Assembly: GCA_964016885.1 (NCBI GenBank)
Contig: OZ024746.1
Span: forward strand, 12,338,001 to 12,402,000
Direction: 5' to 3'
Length of the DNA stretch: 64,000 bases
Source: Eledone cirrhosa
Taxonomy: Eukaryota
Shown: positions 1-13,972 of the stretch, piece by piece
Numbering within the stretch: position 1 is the stretch's first letter
Layout: each line of letters starts with the position of its first letter
Translations under genes and position numbers: made by a program
Notes under the pieces: generated by a model
The model's input: the letters and a program-made list of their open reading frames with translations, nothing else
The model's database searches: none
Told to the model about the DNA's origin: nothing

Positions 1-470
1 CACTGCATCCTTCAAAACTTCCATTCTTCCCAAAATTTGCCAACACTACACCTGATATTCCCCCTCCATACACGTGTGTGTGTTTATATCATGATTCATG
101 CACTGTTCATGTTCCTAACATTTGTACATTATTCTATGTACTATAAGGTACTATTGGTAGTATCGGTAGAGGGTTGGCTACCATACTTTGCAGCATAGAG
201 TTACGTCCCTTTACGGTCTGAGTTCAAATCCCGCCGAGGTTAACTTTGCCTGTCATCCTTACGGGGGTCGATAAAATAAAGTACCAGTAATACACGGGGA
301 TAATTGCTGGCCTTGTGCCAAATGTAGAAACATTTATTCTATATACTACACATGCACCTTTGATGAGTTGTAGTGCACCTGAGCACTATACACAATAATT
401 TTCATTATTATTATAATATAGAATGTAAAAACCAAAGATTAGAAGTAAGATCAACAAAAGAATGAGTTAC

Positions 471-618
471 CAGTAAAACTGAATATAGTTGTTATTTGGT
501 GAGTCCACATTAAACCAACTAATAAAACTGTAAGAGTAACCATATATATCACTACTTGAGGGAACTTTTAATAAATCCTTTATTTCTTTAACTGTGTACA
601 CTTCAGTAATAGAAGATG
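471..618 (-). CDS. MEIOB: MEIOB exon 10 (SSITEVYTVKEIKDLL...YGYSYSFISWFNVDS...); gene continues beyond the window start
   Basis: ttcag / gtaact; 148 nt, phase 1->2, ending in TG (likely the first Zn-binding Cys); matches MEIOB STIVDVYTVEQLK..YGILYAYISTLNID. Confidence 0.93.
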
Positions 619-874
619 CTGAAATGATAAAGGGTTCAAATATACATATATAATAATTACATGCTATATATTTAAAAAATACATCTCTTTACAGACATAA
701 TGCATGTGCATTGATATATGAAAACCCCTCAAAATGTTATTCCAGTCATGATAAGGGCTATGCACTTAACTTCCACAAATCAGTTTTAAATAATGTGTAT
801 GTCAGAGAGTGGTGAATGTGTAAATAAAGAGTGCAACACTTGACAGGGAGAGAGAAAGAATGAGAAAGACATAA

Positions 875-917
<43 letters not shown>

Positions 918-1287
918 CATAAATCATCATCATCATCATTGTTTAACGTCTATCTTCCATGCTAGCATGGGTTTAGACGGGAATTGTCCCACTTGAGGCA
1001 AGATTGGTTGTCTTGCGGGTTTTCTATAGCTGGATGCCCTTCCTAACACCAACCACGTTTACAGTGTGGACTGGGAGGTTATACCGTGTTACCTACACGG
1101 CCACATTACAGCGTGGACTGTGTGTTTTTTTGTTGTGACACCTACATGACCTCATTTATTTAGGACTGGATGTTGTGGTACCAACATAACTTTACAGAGA
1201 AAGGGGTGGTGTAGATGGGCGGGGTAGTGGGATGCGGGTGTATTTTTGGTTAAGAGATGCCTACTGACTATATGTTTCGCTTTGTAC

Positions 1288-1632
1288 TTAGGCAAGGCAG
1301 GTCTTCTGTATTACTGCGTAGCGCCAAAGATCTCGGTCCAGTGACATTGTCTTGGAGAGGTGTAAGTGTGTAAAGTCGGAATTTATCAAATCGCCCCAGG
1401 TTTTTCTGGGTCTACTTACTCCATAGCTTCCATCTATTTTGATCGTCCTGCACTTTTTTATACAGCTGTCGTCTTTCATGCGCATCACATGACCATACCA
1501 ACGTAGTCTTCTCTCGAGTAAACAGCATCTGATCCCTCTTATTCCTAATTTCTCACTTAGTTTATTTATGCTTTGCCATTCACGTATATTACTATTACAC
1601 ATCCAACGGAGCATGCAAGTTTCATTCCTCTC
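1288..1632 (-). mobile_element. RTE LINE 3' fragment
   Basis: MLRWM..RRLRWYGHVMRM..RPRKTW..DRDLWR. Confidence 0.85.
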
Positions 1633-1634
1633 AA

Positions 1635-1669
<35 letters not shown>

Positions 1670-1677
1670 AATATTTT

Positions 1678-1708
<31 letters not shown>

Positions 1709-1713
1709 GAGAC

Positions 1714-1770
<57 letters not shown>

Positions 1771-1773
<3 letters not shown>

Positions 1774-2102
1774 GTGAGAGCATTAGCCTTGCAATCGAAA
1801 GGTTGTGAGTTCAATTCTCAGATCGGGTGATGTGTTGTTTCCTTGAGCAAGACACTTTATTTCACATTGCTCCAGTTTACTCAGCTGTAGAAATGAGATG
1901 ATAGGGACTGGGGTCCCTATCATTCCACTGCAAAGTGGTCGTGGAGGTGCCATGGCAAAAAAGCACCCAGCACTCACTGTAAATGAGGTTGGTGTTAGGA
2001 AGGGCATCCAGCTGTAAAAATCAAGCCAAAATCAGTTCCCATCCCACCCTTGCAAGCAGGGAAAAAGCGGACGTAAAATGAAATGATGAAATGATGATGA
2101 TG
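1771..2102 (+). mobile_element. tRNA-derived SINE family 2 (V/Meta-like TCCTTGAGCAAGACAC core, (ATG)n tail); other copies 28371-28537 (+) and ~52200-52560 (-)
   Basis: B-box GAGTTCAATTC, shared core, RTE-like 3' tail. Confidence 0.75.
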
Positions 2103-2347
2103 AATATATATATATATATATATATAAGTAAAAAGGAAAAGAAAATGCTGACAAATTTTTCCCAGTGAAAAATAGTTTAATTAGGAATAAGTATAAATTA
2201 GTAATAAGTATTAGTTAGTATTCAGTTTTAGTTTTAAGTTTTTACTGGTTGTGCATTTCTTATGCTTTTCAAAAATAATTTTGAGATAGAGTATTGAGTA
2301 CTTTGGTACGTTATGATCCACCTGGTTCCTTACCACATTTCCTTTGT

Positions 2348-2389
<42 letters not shown>

Positions 2390-3097
2390 AATTTATATAT
2401 AGAGGGAAAAAAGATAGACACTTCTCTCAGTAAGTCACTTTGTGTAAATAAAATTGTTTTTAATACTTTCAACAAAGGTTATGTTTTAGTTTTAGTTGTG
2501 CTGTTGTTTTTACTTCAGATCTTGTCACAGCCAACTCAGTCTTTCATTTGATTTTAAGAATAAAAGAATAAATTTTGAGACAATAAGTTGACTTACTCTA
2601 GACATTCCTTACAAAGACAAAATGTTCAGTGGTAACTAAATGAACCATAAAGGCTTATCTCTTTAGCATTTAAACTGGCCATATCTGGCCAGAATTGTCT
2701 GACCTCTTTCTGTTCCAACCGGCTGTAACTGGCCCCTCGTACCAACATTATTGTTCTCAAAATAAATATCAAATCTCAGTTCAATATTATGTGAGGTAAA
2801 GCCTTTACCACTAAAATACAATAGTATATATAGAGTAATGTAAATGTTAAATAACATACTAGGGTAAATGATGAGTAAATATCTATAATATTGAGAGTAT
2901 CATACTGATTGGTCTGGTTGGATTCTTGTGTTTAATAGTTAATCCTTATATACTACCTAAATAACTACACTCTTTCCAATGGGAGCAAGTAGAGTGTAAA
3001 TTAAAGAAAATCTTTAACAATGTGGTATTACTTTTTATCAATGATTATATAGTTGATATGAATAATATATTCTAAATAAACTGAAGATATATCTTAC

Positions 3098-3187
3098 GAT
3101 CAGGAGTATTATGTGTGTCATCTTCTATTTCTTCAAAATCTTGGTGGTTTCCTGCATACATGTACAGATGTTGAGCTTCTTCAATCT
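3098..3187 (-). CDS. MEIOB: MEIOB exon 9 (EIEEAQHLYMYAGNHQDFEEIEDDTHNTPD)
   Basis: accag / gtaaga; 90 nt, phase 1->1; open frame at the position of MEIOB IPEANILLNF. Confidence 0.9.
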
Positions 3188-3719
3188 CTGGTGTAAATAG
3201 AAATTGTAACAGTTTGTATTCACACACACCACCACACTTTCTCTTGCTTTCCTACACCACTCTTCTCACCCTACCCAACTCTCTTTCCACCCTCATAACT
3301 GATTACTTTACTTAATTTCATTTATTATGATTTTATGTAAAAAAAAACCTTTTCTTAAATTATGTACCAAATATCAACTTAATAATGAGATAGTTAGTTA
3401 TATTACTAAATCCCTCAGATTCTTGGCTATTTTCCAAATTAACTGAAACACATAAGCAGGGTCTTTCATTAGAAATATAGTAATGAAGGGTTAAAAATAT
3501 ACATAACAAGAAGGAAATATACACATATACACACATAAGGCAACTCTCTCTACGCATTTATACAAAAATAAAAATAAATAAATGAACTACACTACATACA
3601 TTTATACAACATACACACAAAGAAATCTAACCCCAGGTACATTCCATTTTCAGATACTCATACACACACATACATGAGAAACAGATATATATGCAAACAG
3701 ATATAAATGTAAAACAAAC

Positions 3720-3815
3720 CTGGATTAATTGTAATAATAGTTTTGGAGGTTGCTGTAGATGTCATATAGTTTTTATACTCATCAAATACTACTTTTACAT
3801 CATTGATGAAGAGAA
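3720..3815 (-). CDS. MEIOB: MEIOB exon 8 (VLFINDVKVVFDEYKNYMTSTATSKTIITINP)
   Basis: tttag / gtttgt; 96 nt, phase 1->1; matches MEIOB [32 protein letters not shown]. Confidence 0.95.
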
Positions 3816-4818
3816 CTAAAAAGAAAATATGTGATAAAGTTATGAAACATTCATAATATATTGTGGATTTGACCATCTATTGTAATATTTTACAATGGAA
3901 AAAAGTGTCTAAAGAGACAAAGGAAGAAAATCTCTGGACTAAAGGTAGAGAAGTTAGCTTCTTCACTTTAAGTTTGAAGTTTGGAGCTGATATTAATGGG
4001 ACTCATTCCATAAAGAACAGTTGTTTAGCTCCATGTCATCTTTGATAGACCAGAACTATGATCAAAGACAATCTACTTTCCTACATATAGTGTATCTTTC
4101 TCTTTTTTGCAAGACAGTAGGATGTGATTTGAGCTGTTATTTCTAGCAAGTCGAGTGAACATATAGTAGCATGTTTATGACTTATATAATTAATTCATCA
4201 ACTATACTTCTCTTCTACAAAAGTTGTTCTCTGTATCTATAGAATAACTCTTTTATAATAGAAGGCAAATGGCCTTACAATTGTAAAGCATGTTCAAGAA
4301 TTGAATAACATTTTCACATAAATGTATTTAAATTTTAACAATTTTAAAGCAAATATGAGATAAAACGAACTCAGAGAGTTTATACATTAAACTTTAATTA
4401 CTTTCTTCAGCAATATTGATTTTCTTTGATGAGGAAAATGGTGAATATTTCTAGGGGAGAGCCACAGTTTATTAATATACCTCCCAAACACTAGAACTTA
4501 TTTCATTAATCCCTGAGCTATGAAAATCAAAATGAACCCTACCAGAGATTGTAGAGATGCAGGACTAAATATTGTTTTTGTATTAACCAATATTGATTTC
4601 TAATTTAGGCACATGATCAGCAATTTTAGGGGAAGGACAAAGCTGACTAAATCAACTCCAGTAATTGACTGGTACATTATTTTATTGACACCAGAAGGAT
4701 GAAAGACAAAGTTGATTTTGGCGGAATTTGAACTCAAAATATAAAGATCCAGAACAAATATCACAATGGAATTTGTATTAAGAAATATTAAAACACATGA
4801 AATAACCTAGATACTAAC

Positions 4819-4871
4819 CAGTTTGGTTTGGAATCCAAGACAATGCATTGCTGATGAGTTGATCATCCCAT
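4819..4871 (-). CDS. MEIOB: MEIOB exon 7 (WDDQLISNALSWIPNQT)
   Basis: tatag / gttagt; 53 nt, phase 2->1; matches MEIOB WDNESILLAQSWMPRET. Confidence 0.93.
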
Positions 4872-5413
4872 CTATAAAAAACAGAAAGAATAATTTTAAA
4901 ATAAAATATTGAAATACATTTCCAGTTGTTTTATAAACTGCAGAGTTGTTGAGACACCTATGAAGATCTCATCTTTGTGTAGTGTTTAACCCTTTTGTTA
5001 CGAACCCGGCCAAAACTGGTTTCCAATTTAAATTAAAATCTTTTGGAAACATTTTTTCACCTGCATCAGTTATTAGCTGTCGAGACACTGCATCCTTTAA
5101 AACCTCCACTATTCACTTCCCTGACATTTGTATATTATTCTATGTACTATACATACACCTTTGATGAGTTGTAGTGCACCTGAGCACTGTACACAATAAT
5201 TTCATTATTGTTATTATTTATCTTCCAGCATAATTTTATACACAACCCTTACATTGAGTTATTACCTTAGTAATAAAATAATTAATAATTTAAGTAAATG
5301 CCTCAAAATTCTTCAGTAATTAATTAAAATAGTGTGTATTTTATTAGAAATGTGATGATGACAAAGTTAAAAAGAAGATATATTGAAATGGTTTCATATT
5401 ATATTGTGTGTAT

Positions 5414-5451
<38 letters not shown>

Positions 5452-5636
5452 TAGTGAAAACTCACTATCTTAAAGATAGCATACATGGCCTGTTACATTG
5501 GTTTAGATATATGGTGTTAGATAGTGAGACAGATAAAGAGACAGATAGACAGAGAGAGAGAAATATCTAAACTAAAATCATATTTCAACAATATTGTTCC
5601 ACCTTAATGGAATGAAAGTACAGGAAAATAACTTAC

Positions 5637-5737
5637 AACATTAAAGTAAAAGCTGAACAAGTTTCATCAAATAATTTCACTTGACACTGTTTCATTTGTT
5701 TCCCTGTTTTGGTTTTAATATTTCTTACTTCATTCAC
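5637..5737 (-). CDS. MEIOB: MEIOB exon 6 (VNEVRNIKTKTGKQMKQCQVKLFDETCSAFTLM)
   Basis: gcaag / gtaagt; 101 nt, phase 0->2; matches MEIOB RCEVRLYDETESSF. Confidence 0.94.
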
Positions 5738-6287
5738 CTTGCAAGACAAAATCAGAATCAATAGGACTAATAAAGACTGAAAATCTCTCTCTCTCTCACA
5801 CACACATATACAAACATTCATTAAGGAAACATAATACTTTGGTCAATTAGATCAATCAAATCATTAAAACAATAAAGTAATAATGCTGTGTACATGGTAT
5901 ATGATTTACAAAAACATCACAATAATCTACATATAATAAATATTTAGTATTATTTAGTGAATGTAAAGGGTGGTGGGTTGGCAGCATCAGATAAAATGAT
6001 TTGCAGTATTTGTTCTGGCTCTCTATGTCTACGTTCTGAGTTTAAATCCCACTGAGGTCAACTTTACTTTTCATTCTTCAAATATTAATAAAATAAAGTA
6101 CCAATCATGTACTGGGGTCAATATAATCAACCTTTTCCATCTCCAAAACTTCTGATCTTGTGCCTATGTTAGAAATAATTCATTAGTGAATGTAGATATT
6201 TAATAAAAACAAAGGAAAAAGACAAACATATTGTTATATAAGATAACATAAATCTACTTTGTTAGAGCAGATTTTTCACAAAGTAAT

Positions 6288-6580
6288 TTCTTCTTCGTCC
6301 ACATATTCCTGGGAGGGTCGTAGGGGCAGAGTTCTCAAGCATGATATCCAGCAAGTCTTGTCACATGCGACCATCTCCAATTGATCTGGCTGGATCCCTA
6401 AGTGGGACCAGCTGGACTCTTGGATGTTATCCAACCATTTTGCTCAGGGCCTACCCTTTGGTCTCATGGCAGTTTGTGTTGTCTGAAATATCAGAGCTGT
6501 GATCTCTCAATTCAGAGAAGTAGAGGCTCTACCTGGAGTGACTCTCTCATCTCCAATCTAATGCACTCTATTGAGTGATA
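6288..6580 (-). mobile_element. RTE-like 3' fragment with (GAA)n tail; related copy at 45010-45137
   Basis: GRP..KWLDNI..WSHLGIQPDQLE versus WSRLGIRPDQLEKVA. Confidence 0.6.
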
Positions 6581-7099
6581 ATCCTAATCTTCAAAAAGGG
6601 AGACAAGAGAAATTGTTCTAATTATAGAAGGAACTCCTTGTTAAGCCTTCCCAGTAAAGTCACAAAGTAACTGCTTAACAACTTAAAGACAATTCCAAAG
6701 TATCTTTATTTACAGAAATATTTATACAAAGCCATAAAGAAATGAAGAATAGAAGAAAAATAAAAGAAATAAAATGAAAGAAGAAATGAAACAATGAAAG
6801 GAAGAGGAAGAGGGGCATAGGTGCAACAGACTCTACCCCCCCCCCCCCCCCCCCGTGTGAGTGGTATCTCTCAGCGGCATCCTGCAGACAAAATAGCGAA
6901 GGCATTGCCACAGAGAATGGCTAGTAACACCTGCTGCAACAGCCACTCAACAGTTCAGGGACCTAGGAGACCTGACAGTAATAGGTGCGAAGAGGAAGAA
7001 GTCTGTCAAACTGTTCTAGATGATCTCTTGGGAGGGGGAATTACTCTATGACACTTGCCATTATTGTGAGACAAATGAGTTAATATAAAATATTCTTAC

Positions 7100-7289
7100 T
7101 TTCTTCACTGCTACTAGTAAATTGACATGTTCAGCATGGAGGGCTTGCCCATTGATATTAATATCTTCTAGTGTGTAATAGTCTCGGTAAAGTTTAGTTG
7201 GTAAATGACTGTAATAGAGGTATTGCTCTCGGTCAGCTCCTGTGTATATGATTATATTACCAGCATCACTGATGTTCAAACATAGTGGA
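7100..7289 (-). CDS. MEIOB: MEIOB exon 5 (PLCLNISDAGN...HLPTKLYRDYYTLEDININGQALHAEHVNLLVAVKK)
   Basis: aacag / gtaaga; 190 nt, phase 2->0; matches MEIOB [36 protein letters not shown]. Confidence 0.95.
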
Positions 7290-8542
7290 CTGTTGAAATA
7301 AATAAAATGTGTGTTGTAGAATATATAACAAAAGGACCATTCATTAAGTATAATAAGGAATAGAGATGAAAGAATTGCTTAACTCTTGACATCCTGTAAC
7401 ACATAAAACCACATTAGCATGACATTCTTTAAAAGTATAAAACAACACTGCATCAAGTTAAGAATTAGTTTATGGCAACTTTTCAAAATGAACTGCCTAC
7501 CAGTAAAGATACTGTAAATATTTGAATTAATAAACTCAATTTTAAATATTTATTGTTAAATCATTACAAGATGATAAAAATTAGACAAGACTGCTAGATG
7601 AAATTGTCTATCAGGGAAATAAGAGGAGTTAAATATAAATACTGTATGATAACAAAATACTTGTCAGGTTTGTAGTAATATTGATCCTTATAATGACAGA
7701 AGAGTAAAACTAGGTGTTACAGCTTTGTACTATGTGTAATAACAGTGAAAATATTTGACACTTTCACAGGAAATTAGATAGTCGCTGGGCATATGGAAAT
7801 TTCATGGTTGCTAACAACTAAGCCATAATAATTACTCTGACATATTTGTACAATCACATATAAATTGTCATCCATGGATGGATAGTTATGAAGAAAAATG
7901 CAATTATTTTATTTTGCTTTGGCACCTAATTTTGGCATAAGGCCAGCAATTTTAAGGGAAAGGAAAGTCGACTACATTGACCCCAATACTTGACTGGTAT
8001 TCTATTAATCTCGGAAGGATGAAAGGTAAAGTTGACCTTGGCAGGATTTGAGCTCAGAACTTAGAGGGCTGTAATTAAAAGCCCCAAACATTTGGCTTGG
8101 TGCTCTATTAATTCTGCCAATCCACCACCCTTCAGCAGCTAATAATAACATTACAATCTGAGGTTGATATAATTGACTTCCCCTTCCCCTTAAAATTACT
8201 GGCTTTGTGGCGAAATTTTAAACCACGATTACATCATAATATCATTAGAACCATTAATTGTCATTATCATATGTCTTATGTATTAGTTTAATAATTCTTT
8301 TGATACAATCTCTTTAGTGATAGATTTTCCTCTGTTTCCCTTACCTATTGGTATTAATTATCCTAACAAAGATATCAGTCAATTTCTTAACTCTAGAGAA
8401 TGTAACATGTCTATGACGAAATACTACTTGTGGTAAATAAATCCCTATCTTATTACATGTTTAACCTTGTACTTTATTAGTTGTCATTGAATATGATAAT
8501 CTAACAGAAACCAGTTCTTTACAAAATAAACAGAAAATTGTT

Positions 8543-8643
8543 AGGTATCAGTTTAACTCCAGGTATTAATGCTCGTAGGTGTCAGTTTAACTCTAGGTAT
8601 TAATGCTCGTAGGTGTCAGTTTAACTCTAGGTATTAATGCTCA
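8543..8643. repeat. 34-bp minisatellite x3
   Basis: aggtgtcagtttaactctaggtattaatgctcgt. Confidence 0.9.
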
Positions 8644-9174
8644 TGCTTGTCTAGCATGTGACAATTAATTGCACTAAAGTGCATGCATTAAATGATTAAG
8701 GAATTAAAAAAAAAAAATTTTAAATCAAGAAAAAAAATGCAAGCTTTGCTGTTGCCTTGTTCCTTGTCGCAACCAATACCAACTCTACTAATCAATATCT
8801 CTACTGATAATCTCTCCACTTTAACAGTTATTACGGGTCTAGGCATATCACATATATGTGGATCTGTGTGTGTGTGTTTTAACCTGGAGAAGGATGGGCT
8901 CCACCAGATTTAAAATGCCCAAGACATGCTGTGTGTGTCAGTATAGCACCCATATAACTCCATCAAGCGTTAAAGGCCCTTTACTTGTTTTACATCCCTG
9001 CTTGAAAGGGCTGATCAAGTCAGTACACATTTGGAACCACTGATCTCACATTCTATAGTGTGCACCATTCATTCTATTGTGATACCACTAGTAGGGAGGT
9101 CGTCATGTCTTTGACACAACTAAGTAGTCTCCAATTCAATGTTGGCCATTATACTTCCAAAATATAATTAAACT

Positions 9175-9480
9175 AGGAGTGTTACCTGCACATTGGGCTG
9201 AGGAGGCCAAACTCTCCAAATACCGGTCGCTCTCCGACAGGTTTGCGGTTGTACCCTTGGCAGTGGAGACTTCTGGTGTGCTCGGTTCTAGGGCTACCTC
9301 CCTACTCACCACCATAGGCGCTGAGCTGGCCAGCCGCAGGTGTGAGCCTCGCGAGTTGGAATGGCTCTTCCAGCGCATCTCCCTTGTCGTCCTCTGGGGA
9401 AGCACCTTCTCCATTCTGTCCACCGGGGCTGTGGGGAGGCCATCAATATCATTGACTGACTTGTCATTTTATCATCTACT
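9175..9480 (+). mobile_element. CRE-like retrotransposon REL fragment
   Basis: KYRSL..FAVVPLAVETSGVLG..WLFQRISL. Confidence 0.8.
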
Positions 9481-9942
9481 TTTTATATATCTATATCTGT
9501 CCAACACCATATGATGAAAGCAGGTAGCCAGCTACATCAGGCCAACATCCCTGTCTGTGTATTTAGATATTCCCAAACAAACCATATTTTTCTCTTTGTT
9601 GTCATCCTGTTTTTATCCAAAGACTGGTACTGAAGAGAAAGTAAATCCTTTAGGATGTTGCTTTTGTTATGCTATTGGTATGTAATAGAATGTATTGTAA
9701 ATAGTATATTTAACCCTTTACCATTTACATTACTCTATATATACTACTGTATTTTTGTGGTAAAGGCTTTACCTCACATTATATCGAATCTATGAGATTT
9801 TGATATTATTTATTTTGAAAAGAATACCTTAATGTTGGTATGAGGGACTGGTTATGGCTAGTTTGAACAGAAAGAGGTGAGAGAATTCTGGCCGTATACA
9901 GCCGGTTTAAATGCTATCTTGTGATAAAAACTATTTTTATAC

Positions 9943-10012
9943 CTTGAAGTCCATGGTCTAAATTTTTCATCAAATGATGTAGCTGCCATAGCCATTGCAT
10001 TCTTTATTTCAA
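9943..10012 (-). CDS. MEIOB: MEIOB exon 4 (IEIKNAMAMAATSFDEKFRPWTS)
   Basis: tctag / gtataa; 70 nt, phase 1->2; resembles MEIOB IIENP...EEKFSPATPS. Confidence 0.9.
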
Positions 10013-10128
10013 CTAGAAATAATAATTTAAATTAAAAAGGAGAGATTAAGTACATTTCAAATATAATATATCCCATGTATTTAGATATATTCTAGCTGTC
10101 TCTGTCTTCCTTACTGTATGTATCTCTA

Positions 10129-10399
10129 TTAACTCTTTTGTTACCATATTTCTAATGAAATACACTGCCATGTGTTTCAATTAATTTTGAAAATAATCAA
10201 ATATTTGGGGGAATTTAATTAAATATTTCACTCCTTCATTACTGAGCTGATATCTAGAACATTACTTACGTATTAATAAAAATTTCTTAAATAAAATTAT
10301 GATGTAAAGATTTAATATAAGTATAAACATTTTTAATGAGAGTTTTGTATAATAAATGCAGGGCAGTTTCAGGCAGTTTAGGTTAATCAAAAGGGTTAA
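10129..10399. mobile_element. piggyBac-like MITE (related pieces at ~2662-2868, ~4986-5020 and ~9710-9916)
   Basis: TTAA-CTCTTTTG ... CAAAAGGG-TTAA ends. Confidence 0.5.
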
Positions 10400-11056
10400 T
10401 GTATGTGCCTTTATCCTGTTTCTGTCAGCATATATTTGTGGTTTCTATCATTTTTGAAGGAATTTGCAGATGTTGGGAAATATATTTCTATGTGTGTTGA
10501 AAAACACTTTCAACAGGTCCTTAATCTGTGACCATTTTGTCTTCTTTCTGACAAAGTATATTCAGTATTAGTTTATTCTGAATCAAATTAAATAACCATT
10601 TCTTTTAAAAGGCAGGATTGTATTTGAGAAGAACATTGCTGCAATTTCTTGCATAGAGGTAGGTTGCCTTCATGGCTCCAACCTACACTAACATGACCTC
10701 CCCAAACCTTCACAAAACACACACATTCATACACAGTTGATATTTCTGTTCCTATAACTTTTACAGAATATCTTCTGATTATATTTGTACTGGCAACACA
10801 CACACACACACAAACATATCTTCATCCAGGTCTTCCTCTACTGCCACTTTCTTCCTCTAGGATTTCTTGGCACATCTTCACCTAGTGATCATCATCCATG
10901 CACATCACATGTCCATTACCAGCACAGTCTTTTCTCTTGCGTACAACTTCTGATTAATTTTATGACAAGTGGAGAGATGCTGTGCTGAAAAAGATCCATC
11001 CAACAAATGCAGGCATGGAACAGCGGACATAAAATAATGATGATGATGATATATAT

Positions 11057-11137
<81 letters not shown>

Positions 11138-11201
11138 GGGGGTAGAGAGAGAGGGGGAGGGAGAGAAGAGAGATAGGGAGAGTATAAAGAAAAATACTTA
11201 C

Positions 11202-11333
11202 TAACTTCTCCAATGCTAAAACTCTCTGACAGATAAAAGATAGCAGGTTTTTCTCCCCAACATGTAGCATTTATGAAGCAGTCAACTGAGTCCCTTACAG
11301 TAAAACCTAAGCAATACCTTTCATTATAAGGAC
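11202..11333 (-). CDS. MEIOB: MEIOB exon 3 (PYNERYCLGFTVRDSVDCFINATCWGEKPAIFYLSESFSIGEV)
   Basis: tgtag / gtaagt; 132 nt, phase 1->1; matches MEIOB ERYTFSFTIRDS..FVNAASWG..LSDSFRVGD. Confidence 0.95.
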
Positions 11334-12056
11334 CTACAGAGAAAGAACACAAACAAAATGACAGCAATAAGAAGGGGAATGTAAAAAACAGGTATTTCAT
11401 GTTATTCATGTTATCACAGTAGTGCTAACCTTCAGAAATAGGGGATATGCCACCGATGATTATTCCAACTGTTAATGTGGACAATTACAAACTATGGAGC
11501 ACCTTCTTGAAGATTCATGCACACTTAATGACCTTGACTAATAATGGTTTATGATTTAGGCACAAGGCCAACAATGCTTTGGGAAAGGGAAAGTTGATGA
11601 TAAAATCAACCCCAGTGCATTACTGGTACTTTATTTTATCGGCCCCATAAGGATGAAAGGCAAAGCTAACCATGGTGGGATTTGAACTCAGAACATAATG
11701 GGCTGTAATTCTATGCCATTAAGCATGTTGTCCAATGCTCTACAGATTCTGCCAATTCAACTCCCTAGTTACATTAATAATAAAACTAGTGTGACCCTAT
11801 ATATACAAAGGGCTTCCGTACAGTTTCTGACTATGACATTTCACTCACAAAACATTTGTTAATACCAGACTGTAGTTGAAATCATTTGTCCAAAGTGTCA
11901 TAGAGTGTGACACCTGAAATCACACAGGTGCAAAGTGAACACAACTATACGTTTAATATATTGTTAAAAAGATATATGTAATTAGATTTCTATTTGCTTT
12001 AATTCATTTACAATCTAAACTATATCATGTTTGATAGGTCTAAAAGGTATACTCAC

Positions 12057-12111
12057 TTTTTTTGCTTACAACACTTCTGGGTGATTCCCTTTTGATGACA
12101 ACTCCAATAAG
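12057..12111 (-). CDS. MEIOB: MEIOB exon 2 (LIGVVIKRESPRSVVSKK)
   Basis: tacag / gtgagt splice sites; 55 nt, phase 0->1; resembles MEIOB VIGIVIGKTDVKGFPDRK. Confidence 0.88.
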
Positions 12112-13104
12112 CTGTACAATAAATAGATTTAAATTATATATATATATATATATATATGATTATAATAATTGTTTCTACTTTAGGCACAAGGCCAGCAATT
12201 ACCCAGTGTATTACTGGTACTTTATTTTATCGACCCCGTAAGGATGAAAGGCAAAGTTAACTTCGGCGGGATTTGAACTCAGACCGTAAAGGGATGTAAC
12301 TATGCTGGAGAGCATGGCATCCGACCCTCTACCGATACTGCCAATCCACCGCCCTATATGATTATAATAATAATAATAATAAGTATAGTACCAGGACAAA
12401 CAGGGATAACTAGGTAACTAAGCAGGAAGAATTGATGAGAGGAGAAATTTATTGAGAGTTGACTGATCTTTATATATATATATTTCTACTGCCACACATA
12501 TTTGCAGTGAGTGTGGTTTAATTTGCAAGCCAGCAGGTGGTCTGACCAGACATAGTAAAATGCATGAAGACACACCCTAGCAGGTATTGGCAGGAGACAG
12601 ACAGTTAGAGTGTCACATCTGTGAACATACCTGCAAAACAAAAGCAGGTCTGAAAAGTCACCTGCGTGCACATGACTGTGCAATGTTCAATGAAGGGATG
12701 GCACTCTTCTGACAAGAAGTAGCAATCAACATATATATATATATATAGAGCTGTTTCTGGCTTGGTTTCTATGGCTGAATGTCCTTCCTAACACCAACTA
12801 CATTACAGCCTGTACTGGATAGTTTTTACTGTGGCACCAAAATAACCAACTGACAGGTTAGACTGTACTTTTTCATCATTTCATCAGTATGACCACCTTA
12901 TGGGGTGGACCGGATGCTTTTTTCCTTTTTGTTGATCATCAGTTGATACCAAGGAAACAGTGTTTCCATTGATCTTTCCATTACTGATACTATCTGTTAA
13001 TCACAACTGGTAGGAGTTCTGCCATGTGAAGCAAAACAAAATACATACATATATTCATATTGTGGACAAAGAGTGCAGCTCCCTAATTCATAGACTACAA
13101 AATG

Positions 13105-13240
13105 CCGTGATATCTGGCACCTTCAAAATTTGCAAAACACTCTTGCGATTCAAGGGATGACAATTTCTTTTCTTTTATAACCTTGCCACCAGGAAGGTGG
13201 CCAGTCAAAAGTTTATTTAAAATTAAGAGAAAGAGAACAA
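13105..13240 (+). mobile_element. Same R4/Dong-like element, extreme 3' end, in MEIOB intron 1
   Basis: GTFKICKTLLRFKG* plus 3' UTR, followed by a (TACA/CA)n array. Confidence 0.8.
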
Positions 13241-13467
13241 TATACATACATACACACACAGACATACATACACACACACACATACATACATACACACACA
13301 CATACATACGTACACACATACATACACACACACATACATACACACATACGTACACACATACATACACACACACATACATACACACACACATACACACATA
13401 CATACACACATACATATATACACACATACACACACACACACATACACATACATACATACACACACAC

Positions 13468-13499
<32 letters not shown>

Positions 13500-13813
13500 A
13501 ATTGTTTCTACTTTAGGCACAAGACCAGCAATTACCCCAGTACATTACTGGTACTTTATTTTATCGACCCCGTAAGGATGAAAGGCAAAGTCAACCTCGG
13601 CGGGATTTGAAGTCAGACCGTAAAGGGACGTAACTATGCTGGAAAGCATGGCGTCCGACGCTCTACCGATTCTGCCAATCCACTATACATACAATCTATA
13701 ATAATATATATAGTGGCAAAAATATGTGAAGAAGTTTTCAAGTAATGTTGAAGTCATTTATAATTTCTCTAATTGCTTTTACTCTAATTACTGCTAAATA
13801 TCTTTATGTTTAC

Positions 13814-13972
13814 ATTTGTTGTAAATCCTGGCTGTAAACTCTGGATAACTGAGAGGGGCTGCTTCAAGTCCTTCATTACCAAATCTTCTTCATGGCAGTT
13901 TCTATTCTTTGCTTTAGAATTTGTATTTTTCCTATCTTGTGGAAGCATATCATGGAATCGTCCAGCCCACAT
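13814..13972 (-). CDS. MEIOB: MEIOB coding exon 1 (MWAGRFHD...SVIQSLQPGFTTN, 53 codons)
   Basis: ATG downstream of a ttttcag acceptor; ends in phase 0 at a weak gtaaac donor; phase matches the next exon; C-terminal part resembles the start of vertebrate MEIOB OB1. Confidence 0.7.
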
